A stretch of 64,000 nucleotides of DNA, from positions 800,001-864,000 of the forward strand of contig OZ241869.1 in assembly GCA_965202805.1 (NCBI GenBank), given 5' to 3'. Source of the DNA: Longimicrobiales bacterium (GTDB taxonomy: Bacteria > Gemmatimonadota > Gemmatimonadetes > Longimicrobiales > Gaopeijiaceae). The position numbers were made by a program, and so were the translations under genes. Position 1 is the first letter of the stretch, and every line of letters begins with the position of its first letter. This document shows, piece after piece, positions 20,297 to 30,133 of this stretch. The notes beneath the pieces were generated by a model. The model made no database searches and was not told the DNA's origin. It was given only the letters and a program-made list of their open reading frames with translations.

Positions 20297-21849
20297 CCTT
20301 CACCAGGCCGCGCGACCGGGTGCTCATCCTCGACTACGGATCGCAGTTCACCCAGCTCATCGCGCGCCGTGTCCGCGAAGAGCGCGTCTTCTGCGAGATC
20401 CACCCCCCGACCCGGTCGCTGGAGTGGATACGGAGCTGGGCGCCGAGCGCGATTGTGCTTTCGGGAGGGCCGTCGTCGGTCTACGAGGACGATGGGCCGG
20501 AAGCGGAGCTCGAACTGCTGCACATGGACGTTCCGGTTCTGGGGATCTGCTACGGCATGCAGCTCATCGCCCGGCTGGAGGGCGGACGGGTGGAGCACGG
20601 CAAGCGCGAGTACGGGCGAGCTGAACTGCGCCTGGCGGAGGCCGATGGCCTGTTCGCAGGCTTCGCGCGTGAAGATCCCGTCACGGTCTGGTGTTCCCAC
20701 GGCGACCATGTGGACCGTTCTCCGGAGGGGTATCGCGTCGTCGCTTCGACGGAAGGCCTTCCGGTGGCGGCGTTTCGGGCCGAGGACCGCTCCATCTACG
20801 GAGTGCAGTTTCATCCGGAGGTCGCACACACGCCGGAAGGGGACCGGATGCTCTCCAACTTCCTCTTCCGCGTCGCGGGCTGCCGTCCGAGCTGGACGGC
20901 CAGCGCGTTCGTGGACGAGAGCATCGCCGCCATCCGCGAGCAGGCGGGAGGCCGGTCCGCCATCTGCGGTCTCTCCGGCGGGGTCGACTCCTCGGTCGCG
21001 GCCACATTGGTGCACCGTGCGCTCGGCGATCGCCTGACCTGCATCTTCGTGGACAACGGACTGCTCCGGAAAGGCGAGCGCGAGGGCGTGGAGCGCACCT
21101 TCCGCAGACATATGGGGATGGAACTGCTGGTCGCCGATGCCCGCGACGAGTTCCTGGCGGGGCTGGCGGGGGTTGACGATCCCGAGCGCAAGCGCCGGAT
21201 CATCGGCGAGACCTTCATCCGGGTATTCGAGCGCACGGCGCGCGAGGCCGGCAAGGACGTGTCGCTGCTCGTGCAGGGCACACTCTACCCCGATGTCATC
21301 GAGTCCCTCTCCGTGCGGGGACCGTCCGCGACCATCAAGACCCATCACAATGTGGGCGGACTCCCGGACGACATGCCGTTCGAGCTGATCGAGCCGCTCA
21401 GGGAGCTCTTCAAGGACGAGGTGCGCAGGGTGGGGCGGGAACTGGGCCTCCCGGAAGCGTTCGTGGCGCGCCATCCCTTCCCGGGACCGGGCCTTGGCGT
21501 GCGCATCCTGGGCGAGGTCACGTGGGAGCGGCTGGAGGTGCTGCGCGAAGTGGACGCGATCTTTCTGGAGGAGATCCGCGCCGCCGGGCTCTACGACGAG
21601 ATCTGGCAGGCGTTCGCGGTGCTGCTGCCGGTGCGCTCGGTGGGCGTGATGGGCGACGCGCGCACGTACGAGTGTGCCGTGACGCTGCGCGCCGTGACTT
21701 CACGGGACGGGATGACGGCCGACTGGTACCGGTTTCCGCCGGAAGTCCTGGCGCGTGCCTCCACCCGCATCATCAACGAGGTGGCGGGTGTGAACCGCGT
21801 GGCCTACGACATCAGCTCCAAGCCGCCGGCCACCATCGAGTGGGAGTGA
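20293..21849 (+). CDS. guaA: GMP synthase (glutamine-hydrolysing)
   Basis: [42 protein letters not shown] and [10 protein letters not shown] motifs. Confidence 0.98.
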   Translation: MTFTRPRDRVLILDYGSQFTQLIARRVREERVFCEIHPPTRSLEWIRSWAPSAIVLSGGPSSVYEDDGPEAELELLHMDVPVLGICYGMQLIARLEGGRVEHGKREYGRAELRLAEADGLFAGFAREDPVTVWCSHGDHVDRSPEGYRVVASTEGLPVAAFRAEDRSIYGVQFHPEVAHTPEGDRMLSNFLFRVAGCRPSWTASAFVDESIAAIREQAGGRSAICGLSGGVDSSVAATLVHRALGDRLTCIFVDNGLLRKGEREGVERTFRRHMGMELLVADARDEFLAGLAGVDDPERKRRIIGETFIRVFERTAREAGKDVSLLVQGTLYPDVIESLSVRGPSATIKTHHNVGGLPDDMPFELIEPLRELFKDEVRRVGRELGLPEAFVARHPFPGPGLGVRILGEVTWERLEVLREVDAIFLEEIRAAGLYDEIWQAFAVLLPVRSVGVMGDARTYECAVTLRAVTSRDGMTADWYRFPPEVLARASTRIINEVAGVNRVAYDISSKPPATIEWE

Positions 21850-21879
21850 GGAGGGCGCGCCCTCTCGCCCCCGCGGGGA

Positions 21880-22233
21880 TCAGGACGTCGGAGTGGGGTC
21901 GTCCTCGGTGCGCAGGGCCCTGAGCGTGTCGTCGATTTCGGCCCACACCTCAACCATGAACTGCACGCGCTCCCCGTGGGCGTCGACGTATTCCAGCAGG
22001 TCGGCCTCGGTGACCCCCTTCGCCTCCAGGATCTCCGCCTTCGCCTCGGGACTGACCCGGCCATCGGGCGAATGGAGCGCCGCCATGCGCAGCTCCACGT
22101 AGGTGCCCACGAAGACGTCGCGGGGGATCGTTCCCGCCCCCTCGGACGCCTGTTCGCCCCCGCACGCGAGCGAGAGGCACAGCAGCCCGGCCCCGGGAAG
22201 CCCGCGCATTCCGTACGCCATCATGCGTTTCAT
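21880..22233 (-). CDS. hypothetical lipoprotein (DUF4296-like, tentative)
   Basis: Lipobox SLAC and helical body ILEAKGVTEADL. Its ATG overlaps the OPT gene stop. Confidence 0.7.
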   Translation of the reverse strand: MKRMMAYGMRGLPGAGLLCLSLACGGEQASEGAGTIPRDVFVGTYVELRMAALHSPDGRVSPEAKAEILEAKGVTEADLLEYVDAHGERVQFMVEVWAEIDDTLRALRTEDDPTPTS

Positions 22234-24227
22234 GCTTCGTGCGTTCCTCCGCTGTTGGCCGCGCGCCAGAGGAGCAGGCAGAGCCCCGCGAAGATGAGCG
22301 TGCCGATCAACCCGGAAGACCCGGGGAAGAGGCCTTCCGACCAACCGTAGCCGACGATCCACTCGCTGGCGCGCGAGGGATCGCCGGTCGTCTGGGTGAT
22401 CACGTAGATCGCGCCTCCGATCAGCACCCCCACCAGCGCCGCCCCGGCGATCAGCCCCGATCCGAAGAGGACGCCGCGCTCGCGCTTGTCGGCCAGCCGG
22501 TCTCCGCCCCCTTCCGGCTCCGCATACCGGCGGGTAAGGGCGCGCCGCATCATGCCCCCCACGAAGATCGGGGTCATCAGCGATACCGGCAGATACAGGC
22601 CCACCGCGAAAGCCAGCGACGGCAGCCTCAGCCCGAACTCGACGACGGCGGCCAGCGCCATGCCGATGATGACGAACATCCAGGGGAGGGTATCGGCCAG
22701 CACGCCGTCCACCACCAGCTTCATCAGGTTCGCCTGGGGCGCCGCCAGCTCCGCTCCGCCGATGCCGTACGATTCGTTGAGGACGATCAGCACCCCGCCC
22801 ATCACCGCCGCGCTGGTGATTACCCCGATCAGCTCGCCGATCTGCTGCGAGCGCGGTGTCGCGCCCAGCAGGAAGCCGGTCTTGAGATCCTGCGAGGTGT
22901 CGCCCGCGATCGCCGCCGAGATGCACACCACCGCGCCCACCGCCAGCACCGCGACCTTGGAAGCGGCCGTGCCGTCGTTCAGCCCCAGCCCCACCCAGAT
23001 CAGCGAGGTGAGCAGAAGGGCGGCGATGGTCATTCCCGAGACCGGGTTGGAGGAGGAGCCGATCAGCCCCACGATGCGCGAGGACACGGTGACGAAGAAG
23101 AAGCTGAAGAGCACGATCAGGACCGCGCCCAGCAGGTTCACCGGCACACCCGGCCAGAGCCAGAGAGCCACGGCGAGCAGCGGGGCGAGGGTGAAGACGA
23201 AGCGCATCGACAGGTCGCGCTGCGTGCGTGAAGTCGCGGCGCCTCCGCTGCCGATGCCGCCCAGCCCGAGCTTGAAGCTCTCGACCATCGTGGGCAGCGA
23301 CTTGACGAGGGTGGCGATGCCGCCGAAGGCCACGGCTCCGGCCCCGACGTAGCGAATGTAGTTGCTCCAGATCTCTCCAGACCCCAGCTCGGCCATCGGG
23401 ACGGTGGCCGGGTACACCACGTCGTTCCCGCCCCAGGCGTTGATCACCGGGATCAGGATCAGCCAGGCCAGCGCGCTCCCCGAGAACATGATGGTGGCGA
23501 TTCGGGGTCCGATGATGAACCCGACGCCGAGCAGCTCGGGGGTGAAGTCACCGCCGATCTGGGCCTTGCCCGGAAGGGGCGCCGCCGGTGATTCGTTCCA
23601 GAGCGAGAGCCCGCGGGGATTGGCCAGCGCCTGATAGGCGGCGCCGAAGCCGAGACCGGCGAAGAGCAGGCGGGCCTTGCCGCCTCCCACGTCGCCGGCC
23701 ACCTGGACCTCCGCGCACGCGGTGCCTTCGGGATAGGGCAGTTTGCCGTGCTCGCGCGAGATCAGGTAGGAGCGCAGGGGAATCATGAAGAGCACGCCCA
23801 GCATTCCGCCGAAGAGCGCGATCACCGTGATCTGGGTTACGCTGACCAGGATCGCCGGGTCCTCCCGGGCCCAGAGGAAGAGCGCGGGGAGGGTGAAGAT
23901 GACGCCCGCGGCCAGGGATTCTCCCGCGGACCCCACCGTCTGCACCATGTTGGACTCGAGGATGGTGCCGCCCCAGATGCGGAAGATGGCCACAGCCATG
24001 ACCGCGGCCGGAATCGAGGCGCTCACCGTGAGCCCGACGCGCAGGCCGAGGTAGGCGTTGGCGGCGCCGAACACGATGCCCAGAACCGCTCCGATCAGCA
24101 CGGCCCGGGGCGTGAACTCCAGGATCTGCTCGCGCGCACCCACGTACGGACGATACTGGTCGCCCGGAAGGGTCTCGTAGGCCTGGGGAGGGAGCCCGCC
24201 GCGGGGCCCGGGATCGACTGTCGCCAT
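22230..24227 (-). CDS. OPT family oligopeptide transporter
   Basis: AANAYLGLRVGLTVSASIPAA, ESNMVQT, LPYPEGTA, SSNPVSGMTI, QDLKTG and APQANLM motifs; GGAGG RBS before the ATG at 24227. Confidence 0.95.
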   Translation of the reverse strand: MATVDPGPRGGLPPQAYETLPGDQYRPYVGAREQILEFTPRAVLIGAVLGIVFGAANAYLGLRVGLTVSASIPAAVMAVAIFRIWGGTILESNMVQTVGSAGESLAAGVIFTLPALFLWAREDPAILVSVTQITVIALFGGMLGVLFMIPLRSYLISREHGKLPYPEGTACAEVQVAGDVGGGKARLLFAGLGFGAAYQALANPRGLSLWNESPAAPLPGKAQIGGDFTPELLGVGFIIGPRIATIMFSGSALAWLILIPVINAWGGNDVVYPATVPMAELGSGEIWSNYIRYVGAGAVAFGGIATLVKSLPTMVESFKLGLGGIGSGGAATSRTQRDLSMRFVFTLAPLLAVALWLWPGVPVNLLGAVLIVLFSFFFVTVSSRIVGLIGSSSNPVSGMTIAALLLTSLIWVGLGLNDGTAASKVAVLAVGAVVCISAAIAGDTSQDLKTGFLLGATPRSQQIGELIGVITSAAVMGGVLIVLNESYGIGGAELAAPQANLMKLVVDGVLADTLPWMFVIIGMALAAVVEFGLRLPSLAFAVGLYLPVSLMTPIFVGGMMRRALTRRYAEPEGGGDRLADKRERGVLFGSGLIAGAALVGVLIGGAIYVITQTTGDPSRASEWIVGYGWSEGLFPGSSGLIGTLIFAGLCLLLWRAANSGGTHEA

Positions 24228-24262
24228 TTTGCCTCCGGCCACGGGTTGCGCGGAACCCGGGC

Positions 24263-24292
24263 AACGTGGATCGCTTCTTCTCGGCTTGTCAA
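24263..24292 (-). promoter_or_regulatory. possible promoter of the OPT transporter
   Basis: Minus-strand TTGACA-N18-CACGTT, about 35 nt upstream of the start codon. Confidence 0.4.
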
Positions 24293-24433
24293 GCGCGCGA
24301 GCGGCGGGCACCGAGCCGGCTGGAACTGCCTACACCACGGCCTCGCCGGATGGTCCGAATCTTGAGTTTCATCAGGACGGCGGGCGCCCCGGGAGCCCTT
24401 GCGGGGGTGGATGGAGCGGGGTTTCGCCATCGA

Positions 24434-24483
24434 AGTCTGCCAAAATGGCAGACTCTGCGGCGCGAATCTGCCAAAATGGCAGA
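24434..24483. promoter_or_regulatory. tandem palindromic operator-like sites TCTGCCA-AAA-TGGCAGA (two copies)
   Basis: Identical 17-bp dyads at 24436-24452 (extending to 9-bp arms, 24434-24454) and 24467-24483, in the OPT/clpB divergent intergenic region. Confidence 0.75.
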
Positions 24484-24537
24484 CACAGCTTCGCGTGACG
24501 AGAGAGCCGGCGTTGTCGGAGGCAAAGGGAACATCTG

Positions 24538-27132
24538 ATGATCGAAGTCGACCGTTTGACGGTGAAGGCGGCCGAGGCGCTGCGGGGGGCCATCGTGGAC
24601 GCCGCGGAGCGCGAGAGCGCGGAAGTCTACGGCATCCACCTCCTCGACGCCCTTCTCCGCCAGGAAGAAGGAATCGTCACGCCGATCCTGGACAAGATCG
24701 GCGTTTCCGCCCCGTTGGTCGGAGAGCGGGTGCAGGCCGCACTCGACGGGCTCGGCCGCGTCTCGGGAGCATCGGATGCGCGCGTCAGCCGCGACCTCTC
24801 CCGCGCGCTCTCCGCGGCCGAGCGACACGCCGCGGAACTCGGCGACGACTACGTATCGACCGAGCACCTCCTGCTGGGGCTCACGGTCGAGAAGGACGAC
24901 GCGGGCGAAATCCTGCGCTCGGCGGGCGCCACCGAGGAGCGCGTGCTGGAGGCGCTTTCGGCGGTTCGCGGCAGCCACCGGGTCACCGACCAGACCCCGG
25001 AGGACCGCTACCAGGCGCTCGCGCGCTACAGTCGCGACCTCACCGAGTTGGCGCGGAGGGGCAAACTGGATCCGGTCATCGGCCGGGACACCGAGATCCG
25101 CCGGGTCATCAAGGTGCTCGCGCGCCGCACCAAGAACAATCCCGTCCTCATCGGCGAGCCCGGGGTAGGGAAGACCGCCATCGCCGAAGGCCTGGCCCAG
25201 CGCATCGTGGCCGGCGACGTGCCCGCGGCGCTGGCGGAGAAGACCTTCCTCTCCCTCGACATTTCGGCCATGCTCGCCGGCGCGAAATACCGCGGCGAGT
25301 TCGAAGAGCGCATGAAGGCTGTGCTGAAGGAGATCTCCGATGCCGAGGGCCGCTTCGTCATGTTCGTGGACGAGCTGCACACGGTCGTGGGGGCCGGGGC
25401 GGCGGAAGGCGCGGTGGACGCCGGCAACATGATGAAGCCGCTGCTGGCACGGGGCGCGCTGCGCATGGTGGGAGCGACCACACTCGACGAGTACCGAAAG
25501 CACATCGAGAAGGACCCCGCCCTGGAGCGGCGCTTCCAGCCCGTATACGTGGCGCCGCCGTCGGTCGAGGACACGATCGCGATCCTGAGAGGCCTCAAGG
25601 AGCGCTACGAGGTGCACCACGGTGTGCGCATCCGCGACGATGCCCTGGTCGCGGCGGCCCGGCTGTCCGACCGCTACATCGGCGGGCGCTTCCTGCCCGA
25701 CAAGGCGATCGACCTCATGGACGAAGCCGGCAGCCGGCTCCAGATCGAGATCGACTCGCTGCCCACCGAGATCGACCAGGTCGAACGGCGGGCCATCCAG
25801 CTCGAAATCGAACGCCAGGCGCTCGAGGATGAGCACGACGACCCCTCGGCGCGGGAACGCCTGGAGCGCATCCGACTCGAGTTGGCCGAACTGACGGAGC
25901 GCAGCTCCAGCATGAAGGCGAAGTGGCAGGCGGAACGGGACGCCATCGACCGCCTGAAGACGCTCAAGGAGGACGCGGACGCGCTACGGACCGAATCCGA
26001 GGGCGCGAAACGAACCGGAAACCTGCAGCGGGCGGCCGAGATCGACTATGGCGAGCTGCCGGCTCTCGCCACCTCGCTCAGGCAGGCGGAGGAGCGGCTT
26101 TCCGAACTGCAGGCGAGCGGAACCTGGCTGCGGGAGGAGGTGGACGCCGACGACATCGCCGAGGTGGTGGCCGAGTGGACGGGGATTCCGGTGGCGAGCC
26201 TGGTGGAGTCGGAACGGGACCGGCTGGTCAGGCTGGAGGCGCTGCTCGGCGGCCGGGTGATCGGACAGGACGAGGCGCTTGCCGCAGTCTCGAATGCGGT
26301 ACGCCGTTCAAGGGCCGGCCTCCAGGATCCCGACCGGCCGGTCGGCTCGTTCATCTTCCTGGGTCCGACCGGCGTGGGGAAGACCGAAACCGCGCGCGCG
26401 CTGGCCGAATTCCTCTTCGACGACGAGCGCGCGATGGTGCGCCTCGACATGTCCGAGTACATGGAGAGGCACACCGTGTCGCGGCTTCTGGGCGCGCCCC
26501 CCGGCTACGTGGGCTACGACGAGGGCGGCCAGCTGACCGAAGCGGTGCGCCGGCGTCCGCACGCGATCATCCTGTTCGACGAGATCGAGAAGGCGCACGC
26601 CGACATCTTCAATGTCCTGCTGCAGATTCTCGACGACGGCCGGCTGACAGACTCCCAGGGGCGCACCGTCGACTTCCGCAACACGGTGATCATCATGACC
26701 TCCAACCTCGGCAGCCACTACATCCTGCGGCACGCCGGAACGGATCCCTGGGAAGAGGTGGATGCAACGGTCACGCAGGAGCTGCGGCGACACTTCCGCC
26801 CGGAGTTTCTCAACAGAGTGGACGATATTGTTCTCTTTCGCCCATTGGATCGCGCTTCGATCCGCGCGATCGTTGATCTGCAGCTTGCCCGGGTGGAAGC
26901 GCTCGCCGGCGAACTGGGCATCACGCTCGAGGTGTCGCCCGAAGTCCGGGAGCTGCTCGCGAAAGAGGGCTACGAGCCCGCGTTCGGCGCGCGTCCGCTG
27001 CGGCGCGTGATTCAGCGCATCATCCAGGATCCGCTTGCCATGTCGCTGCTTGAGGAAGATCCGGGGAAATCCGCGACCATTCGCGTCGTTCCCGCCTCCG
27101 GCACGGGCGGCGTGGCCTTCGAGCGGGCGTGA
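24538..27132 (+). CDS. clpB: ATP-dependent chaperone ClpB
   Basis: Clp N domain, two Walker A motifs ([16 protein letters not shown]), long coiled-coil middle domain and GAPPGYVGY. Confidence 0.97.
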   Translation: MIEVDRLTVKAAEALRGAIVDAAERESAEVYGIHLLDALLRQEEGIVTPILDKIGVSAPLVGERVQAALDGLGRVSGASDARVSRDLSRALSAAERHAAELGDDYVSTEHLLLGLTVEKDDAGEILRSAGATEERVLEALSAVRGSHRVTDQTPEDRYQALARYSRDLTELARRGKLDPVIGRDTEIRRVIKVLARRTKNNPVLIGEPGVGKTAIAEGLAQRIVAGDVPAALAEKTFLSLDISAMLAGAKYRGEFEERMKAVLKEISDAEGRFVMFVDELHTVVGAGAAEGAVDAGNMMKPLLARGALRMVGATTLDEYRKHIEKDPALERRFQPVYVAPPSVEDTIAILRGLKERYEVHHGVRIRDDALVAAARLSDRYIGGRFLPDKAIDLMDEAGSRLQIEIDSLPTEIDQVERRAIQLEIERQALEDEHDDPSARERLERIRLELAELTERSSSMKAKWQAERDAIDRLKTLKEDADALRTESEGAKRTGNLQRAAEIDYGELPALATSLRQAEERLSELQASGTWLREEVDADDIAEVVAEWTGIPVASLVESERDRLVRLEALLGGRVIGQDEALAAVSNAVRRSRAGLQDPDRPVGSFIFLGPTGVGKTETARALAEFLFDDERAMVRLDMSEYMERHTVSRLLGAPPGYVGYDEGGQLTEAVRRRPHAIILFDEIEKAHADIFNVLLQILDDGRLTDSQGRTVDFRNTVIIMTSNLGSHYILRHAGTDPWEEVDATVTQELRRHFRPEFLNRVDDIVLFRPLDRASIRAIVDLQLARVEALAGELGITLEVSPEVRELLAKEGYEPAFGARPLRRVIQRIIQDPLAMSLLEEDPGKSATIRVVPASGTGGVAFERA

Positions 27133-27644
27133 GCAGGGAGGGCGCGCGCATCGGCGGAGTTCTGGCCCGCTGCACGGCGGGTCTGCTCGCCGCGGCGTGC
27201 GCCAGCCATTCCCCGCTCCCGCCGGCGGGGGAGGATGCAGGCCCCGTCCGCGCTGCGGAGCGCTTTCTGGGCGCGGCCAATCGACAGGACCTCGACGCCC
27301 TCGCGCACGCCTTCGGCACCCACCGGGGTCCCATCGCGGAAGCCGGCGGAGGCCTGGGCTGCGGACTCCGCAGGCTCGCGTCGTGGCTGGGGGCCGGGGA
27401 CCGCTGCCCGACCCGGCAGGAAGTCGAGGTGCGCATGCACGCCATCGCGGCGGTGCTGCGGCACGACGGCTACGAGGTGACCTCCGCGGAGCAGGTGCCG
27501 GGGAGGGAGCGGCCCGTCACCCGCGTCGCCGTCGAGGTTCGGCGGGGAGAACGGATCCATCGCGACGTCGGGCTGCTGGTGATCCGAACGTCGTCGGGGT
27601 GGCTGGTGGAGTCCGTCGAACTGGAGAAGATCACGGGGCGCTGA
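27129..27644 (+). CDS. hypothetical lipoprotein
   Basis: Lipobox AAAC; GTGA overlap with clpB; C-terminal GWLVESVEL suggests an NTF2-like fold (tentative). Confidence 0.7.
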   Translation: MSREGARIGGVLARCTAGLLAAACASHSPLPPAGEDAGPVRAAERFLGAANRQDLDALAHAFGTHRGPIAEAGGGLGCGLRRLASWLGAGDRCPTRQEVEVRMHAIAAVLRHDGYEVTSAEQVPGRERPVTRVAVEVRRGERIHRDVGLLVIRTSSGWLVESVELEKITGR

Positions 27645-27646
27645 GG

Positions 27647-28087
27647 TTACCGCGCCCGCTCGACCAGCTCCACCAGCGCGCCGCCCGTGCCCTTCGGGTG
27701 GAGGAACGCGATCAGGCCACCGTGGGCGCCGGGCCTCGGAACCCGGTCGATGGGCCGGAATCCCGCGGCGGCCAGGCGGTCGAGCTCGGCGCGCACGTCC
27801 TCGACCCGAAACGCCACGTGATGAAGGCTCGAGCCGCCGGCTTCGAGGAAGCGCGCGACCGCGCCGCCCCGGTCACGGGGTTCGAGCAGTTCCACGGCGC
27901 CGATGAAGCACACGTCGATGCCATGTTCCGGGAGGGACCGGCGAGGCGAGGCCCGCTCGCCCATCAGGGTCTCGAACAGCGGCACCGCCTCCTCGATCGA
28001 GCGGACGGCGATGCCCACGTGGTCCAGCGGGTAGTGCAGCGGGTTCGGTGGGGGATCCACAGACCTCCCTGCGGGGTCGAATTCCAT
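27647..28087 (-). CDS. mce: methylmalonyl-CoA epimerase (VOC family)
   Basis: LDHVGIAV, VELLEP, LHHVAFRV and IAFLHPKGTGGALVELVE motifs. Confidence 0.88.
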   Translation of the reverse strand: MEFDPAGRSVDPPPNPLHYPLDHVGIAVRSIEEAVPLFETLMGERASPRRSLPEHGIDVCFIGAVELLEPRDRGGAVARFLEAGGSSLHHVAFRVEDVRAELDRLAAAGFRPIDRVPRPGAHGGLIAFLHPKGTGGALVELVERAR

Positions 28088-28204
28088 GACCGGCCGAGAT
28101 TCGGTTATACTTGTGGAGAATCAGGGAAGGAGGGAAGGGCGATGCAGCGCTTCCGCTTCCATCGTACGAACAACCCGGGACCGGGATCAAGGAGATCAGC
28201 CAGG

Positions 28205-28534
28205 ATGACCGATCGAGTTCTGACGGTTACGGACGAAAGCTTCGCCAACGACATAGAGAACAGCCAGGGACTGGCAATGGTGGATTTCTGGGCGACCTGG
28301 TGCGGCCCCTGCCGCATCGTCTCGCCCATCGTCGACCAGCTTGCCGACGAATATGGTGACCGGGGGGTGACGGTGGGGAAGGTGGACGTGGACACCAACC
28401 CGGCCACCTCCGCCCGCTTCGGGGTCCGCTCCATCCCGAGCATCCTCTTCTTCAAGGACGGCCGGCACGTCGACACCGTCGTCGGCGCCGTTCCGAGAGC
28501 CCATCTCGAGGAGAAGATCGAGGCGCACCTGTAG
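28205..28534 (+). CDS. trxA: thioredoxin
   Basis: VDFWATWCGPC and GVRSIPS motifs. An alternative in-frame ATG lies at 28142. Confidence 0.97.
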   Translation: MTDRVLTVTDESFANDIENSQGLAMVDFWATWCGPCRIVSPIVDQLADEYGDRGVTVGKVDVDTNPATSARFGVRSIPSILFFKDGRHVDTVVGAVPRAHLEEKIEAHL

Positions 28535-28564
28535 CATCGAGGCGCACCCGTAGTATCGAGGCGC
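28517..28564 (+). repeat. 19-bp tandem repeat (about 2.5 copies) covering the trxA stop codon
   Basis: atcgaggcgcacctgtagc / atcgaggcgcacccgtagt / atcgaggcgc. Confidence 0.85.
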
Positions 28565-28571
28565 GCGCGGG

Positions 28572-29417
28572 GTGGCGACCCTCTACCTCGTCAGCACCCC
28601 CATCGGAAACCTTTCCGACCTCTCCGCGCGTGCGGCCCAGGTGCTTGGCGGGGTAGAGCGGGTTTTCGCGGAGGACACCCGCAGGACCGGGAAGCTGCTG
28701 CGGCACCTCGGCGTCGCGACGCCGCTCACCTCTCTGCATCAGCACAACGAAGCGGCGCGCGCCGGGCGGGTTCTCGAGTGCCTGGATTCGGGGCGGGATG
28801 CGGCCGTGGTGAGCGATGCCGGAACCCCGCTGGTTTCGGATCCGGGCGCGCGCGTGGTGGACGCCGCGCTGGAAGCCGGGCACGACGTGGTTCCGGTGCC
28901 GGGGCCGTCCGCTATCCTGGCCGCGCTGGTGGGATCGGGGCTCCCGGCGGACCGCTTCGTCTTCCTGGGATTCGCGCCCCGCAAGGGTCGGGAACGGCGC
29001 GCGCTGGTGCAGCGGGCGGCTCGATCGCGGGAGACCATCGTGCTCTTCGAGGCCCCGGGCCGGCTTTGCCGCCTGCTGAGCGACCTGGAGCACGCGTGCG
29101 GCCCGGACCGCCGGGTGGCGGTGGCGCGCGAAATGACCAAATTGCACGAGGAGTTCGTGCGAGGAACCCTCGCCGAGGCCCGCGCCCATTTCGGGGAGCG
29201 CGCGCCCCGGGGAGAGGTGACGCTGGTGCTGGACCGCGCTCCGGGGGGCGAGCCCGACGAATCCGCCGCCCGCGAGCTGGCCGCCGAACTGCTGGCCGGG
29301 GGCGCGCGGCCGAGCGAGGCCGTGCGGGAAGTGGTCGCCCGATGCGGGGTGTCTCGCAACCGCTCCTACCGTATCGTACATTTAACCGTTGCGCGACACC
29401 GGTCGGAGACGGAGTAG
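28572..29417 (+). CDS. rsmI: 16S rRNA (cytidine1402-2'-O)-methyltransferase
   Basis: LYLVSTPIGNL, AEDTR, VSDAGTPLVSDPG, PVPGPSA and REMTKLHEE motifs. Confidence 0.97.
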   Translation: MATLYLVSTPIGNLSDLSARAAQVLGGVERVFAEDTRRTGKLLRHLGVATPLTSLHQHNEAARAGRVLECLDSGRDAAVVSDAGTPLVSDPGARVVDAALEAGHDVVPVPGPSAILAALVGSGLPADRFVFLGFAPRKGRERRALVQRAARSRETIVLFEAPGRLCRLLSDLEHACGPDRRVAVAREMTKLHEEFVRGTLAEARAHFGERAPRGEVTLVLDRAPGGEPDESAARELAAELLAGGARPSEAVREVVARCGVSRNRSYRIVHLTVARHRSETE

Positions 29418-29467
29418 ACGCGCCCCCACGCCGGCAGGGCGCTCACGCGGGAGTGGTTCGGGAATCC

Positions 29468-30133
29468 ATGCTGAAGCCGATTGTTCTCCCGGTCCTGGCG
29501 ATCGTGCTTGCGGCCGTCGCGCCTGTCGACTCGACGCTCACCGTCGCGCGCCTCCAGTACGACGGAGGGGGCGACTGGTATGCGAACCCGTCCTCGCTGG
29601 CCAATCTGCTGGAGCGAATCGCGGCCGACACCGGGTTGCCGGTAGCGGACCGCGAAGCCACCATCACCCTCCGTGATCCCGCGCTGCCCGACTACCCCTA
29701 CGTTTACGTGACCGGCCACGGAAACATGAGTTTCTCGCTGGAGGAACAGGGCGCGTTGCGCGACTACCTGCTGGGAGGGGGCTTCCTGCACGTCGACGAC
29801 AACTACGGCCTCGACGAATCCTTCCGCCGGGAGATCGCACGCGTCTTTCCCGACCGCGAGCTCGTGGAGATTCCCCCGGATCACCCCGTCTTCCACGCCT
29901 TTCACCCGTTCCCGGAAGGCCTGCCCAAGATCCACGAGCACGACGGGGGTCCGCCGCAAGCCTTCGGGCTCTTCGAGCGTGGCCGGCTGATGCTCTTCTA
30001 CAGCTATGAAAGCGATCTGGGGGACGGGTGGGAGGATCCCGAGGTGCACGACGATCCTCCCGAGACCCGCGAGCAGGCCCTGCGCATGGGCGTAAACCTG
30101 TTCGTCTACGCGATCACCCGGGGGGCCTCCTGA
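29468..30133 (+). CDS. exported DUF4159-like protein
   Basis: Signal peptide; YDGGGDWYANPSSL, YVTGHGN, GGFLHVDDNYG, GLPKIHEHDG and DLGDGWED motifs. Confidence 0.85.
   Translation: MLKPIVLPVLAIVLAAVAPVDSTLTVARLQYDGGGDWYANPSSLANLLERIAADTGLPVADREATITLRDPALPDYPYVYVTGHGNMSFSLEEQGALRDYLLGGGFLHVDDNYGLDESFRREIARVFPDRELVEIPPDHPVFHAFHPFPEGLPKIHEHDGGPPQAFGLFERGRLMLFYSYESDLGDGWEDPEVHDDPPETREQALRMGVNLFVYAITRGAS

Noticed and set aside
24361..24381. CTTGAGT, a HAIR (HspR) half-site upstream of clpB
   Set aside because: The second half-site (ACTCAAG after N7) is missing.
24436..24483. Repeat pair as a mini-CRISPR or terminator
   Set aside because: Only two 17-bp copies with a 14-bp gap, no cas genes, and a location between divergent gene starts.
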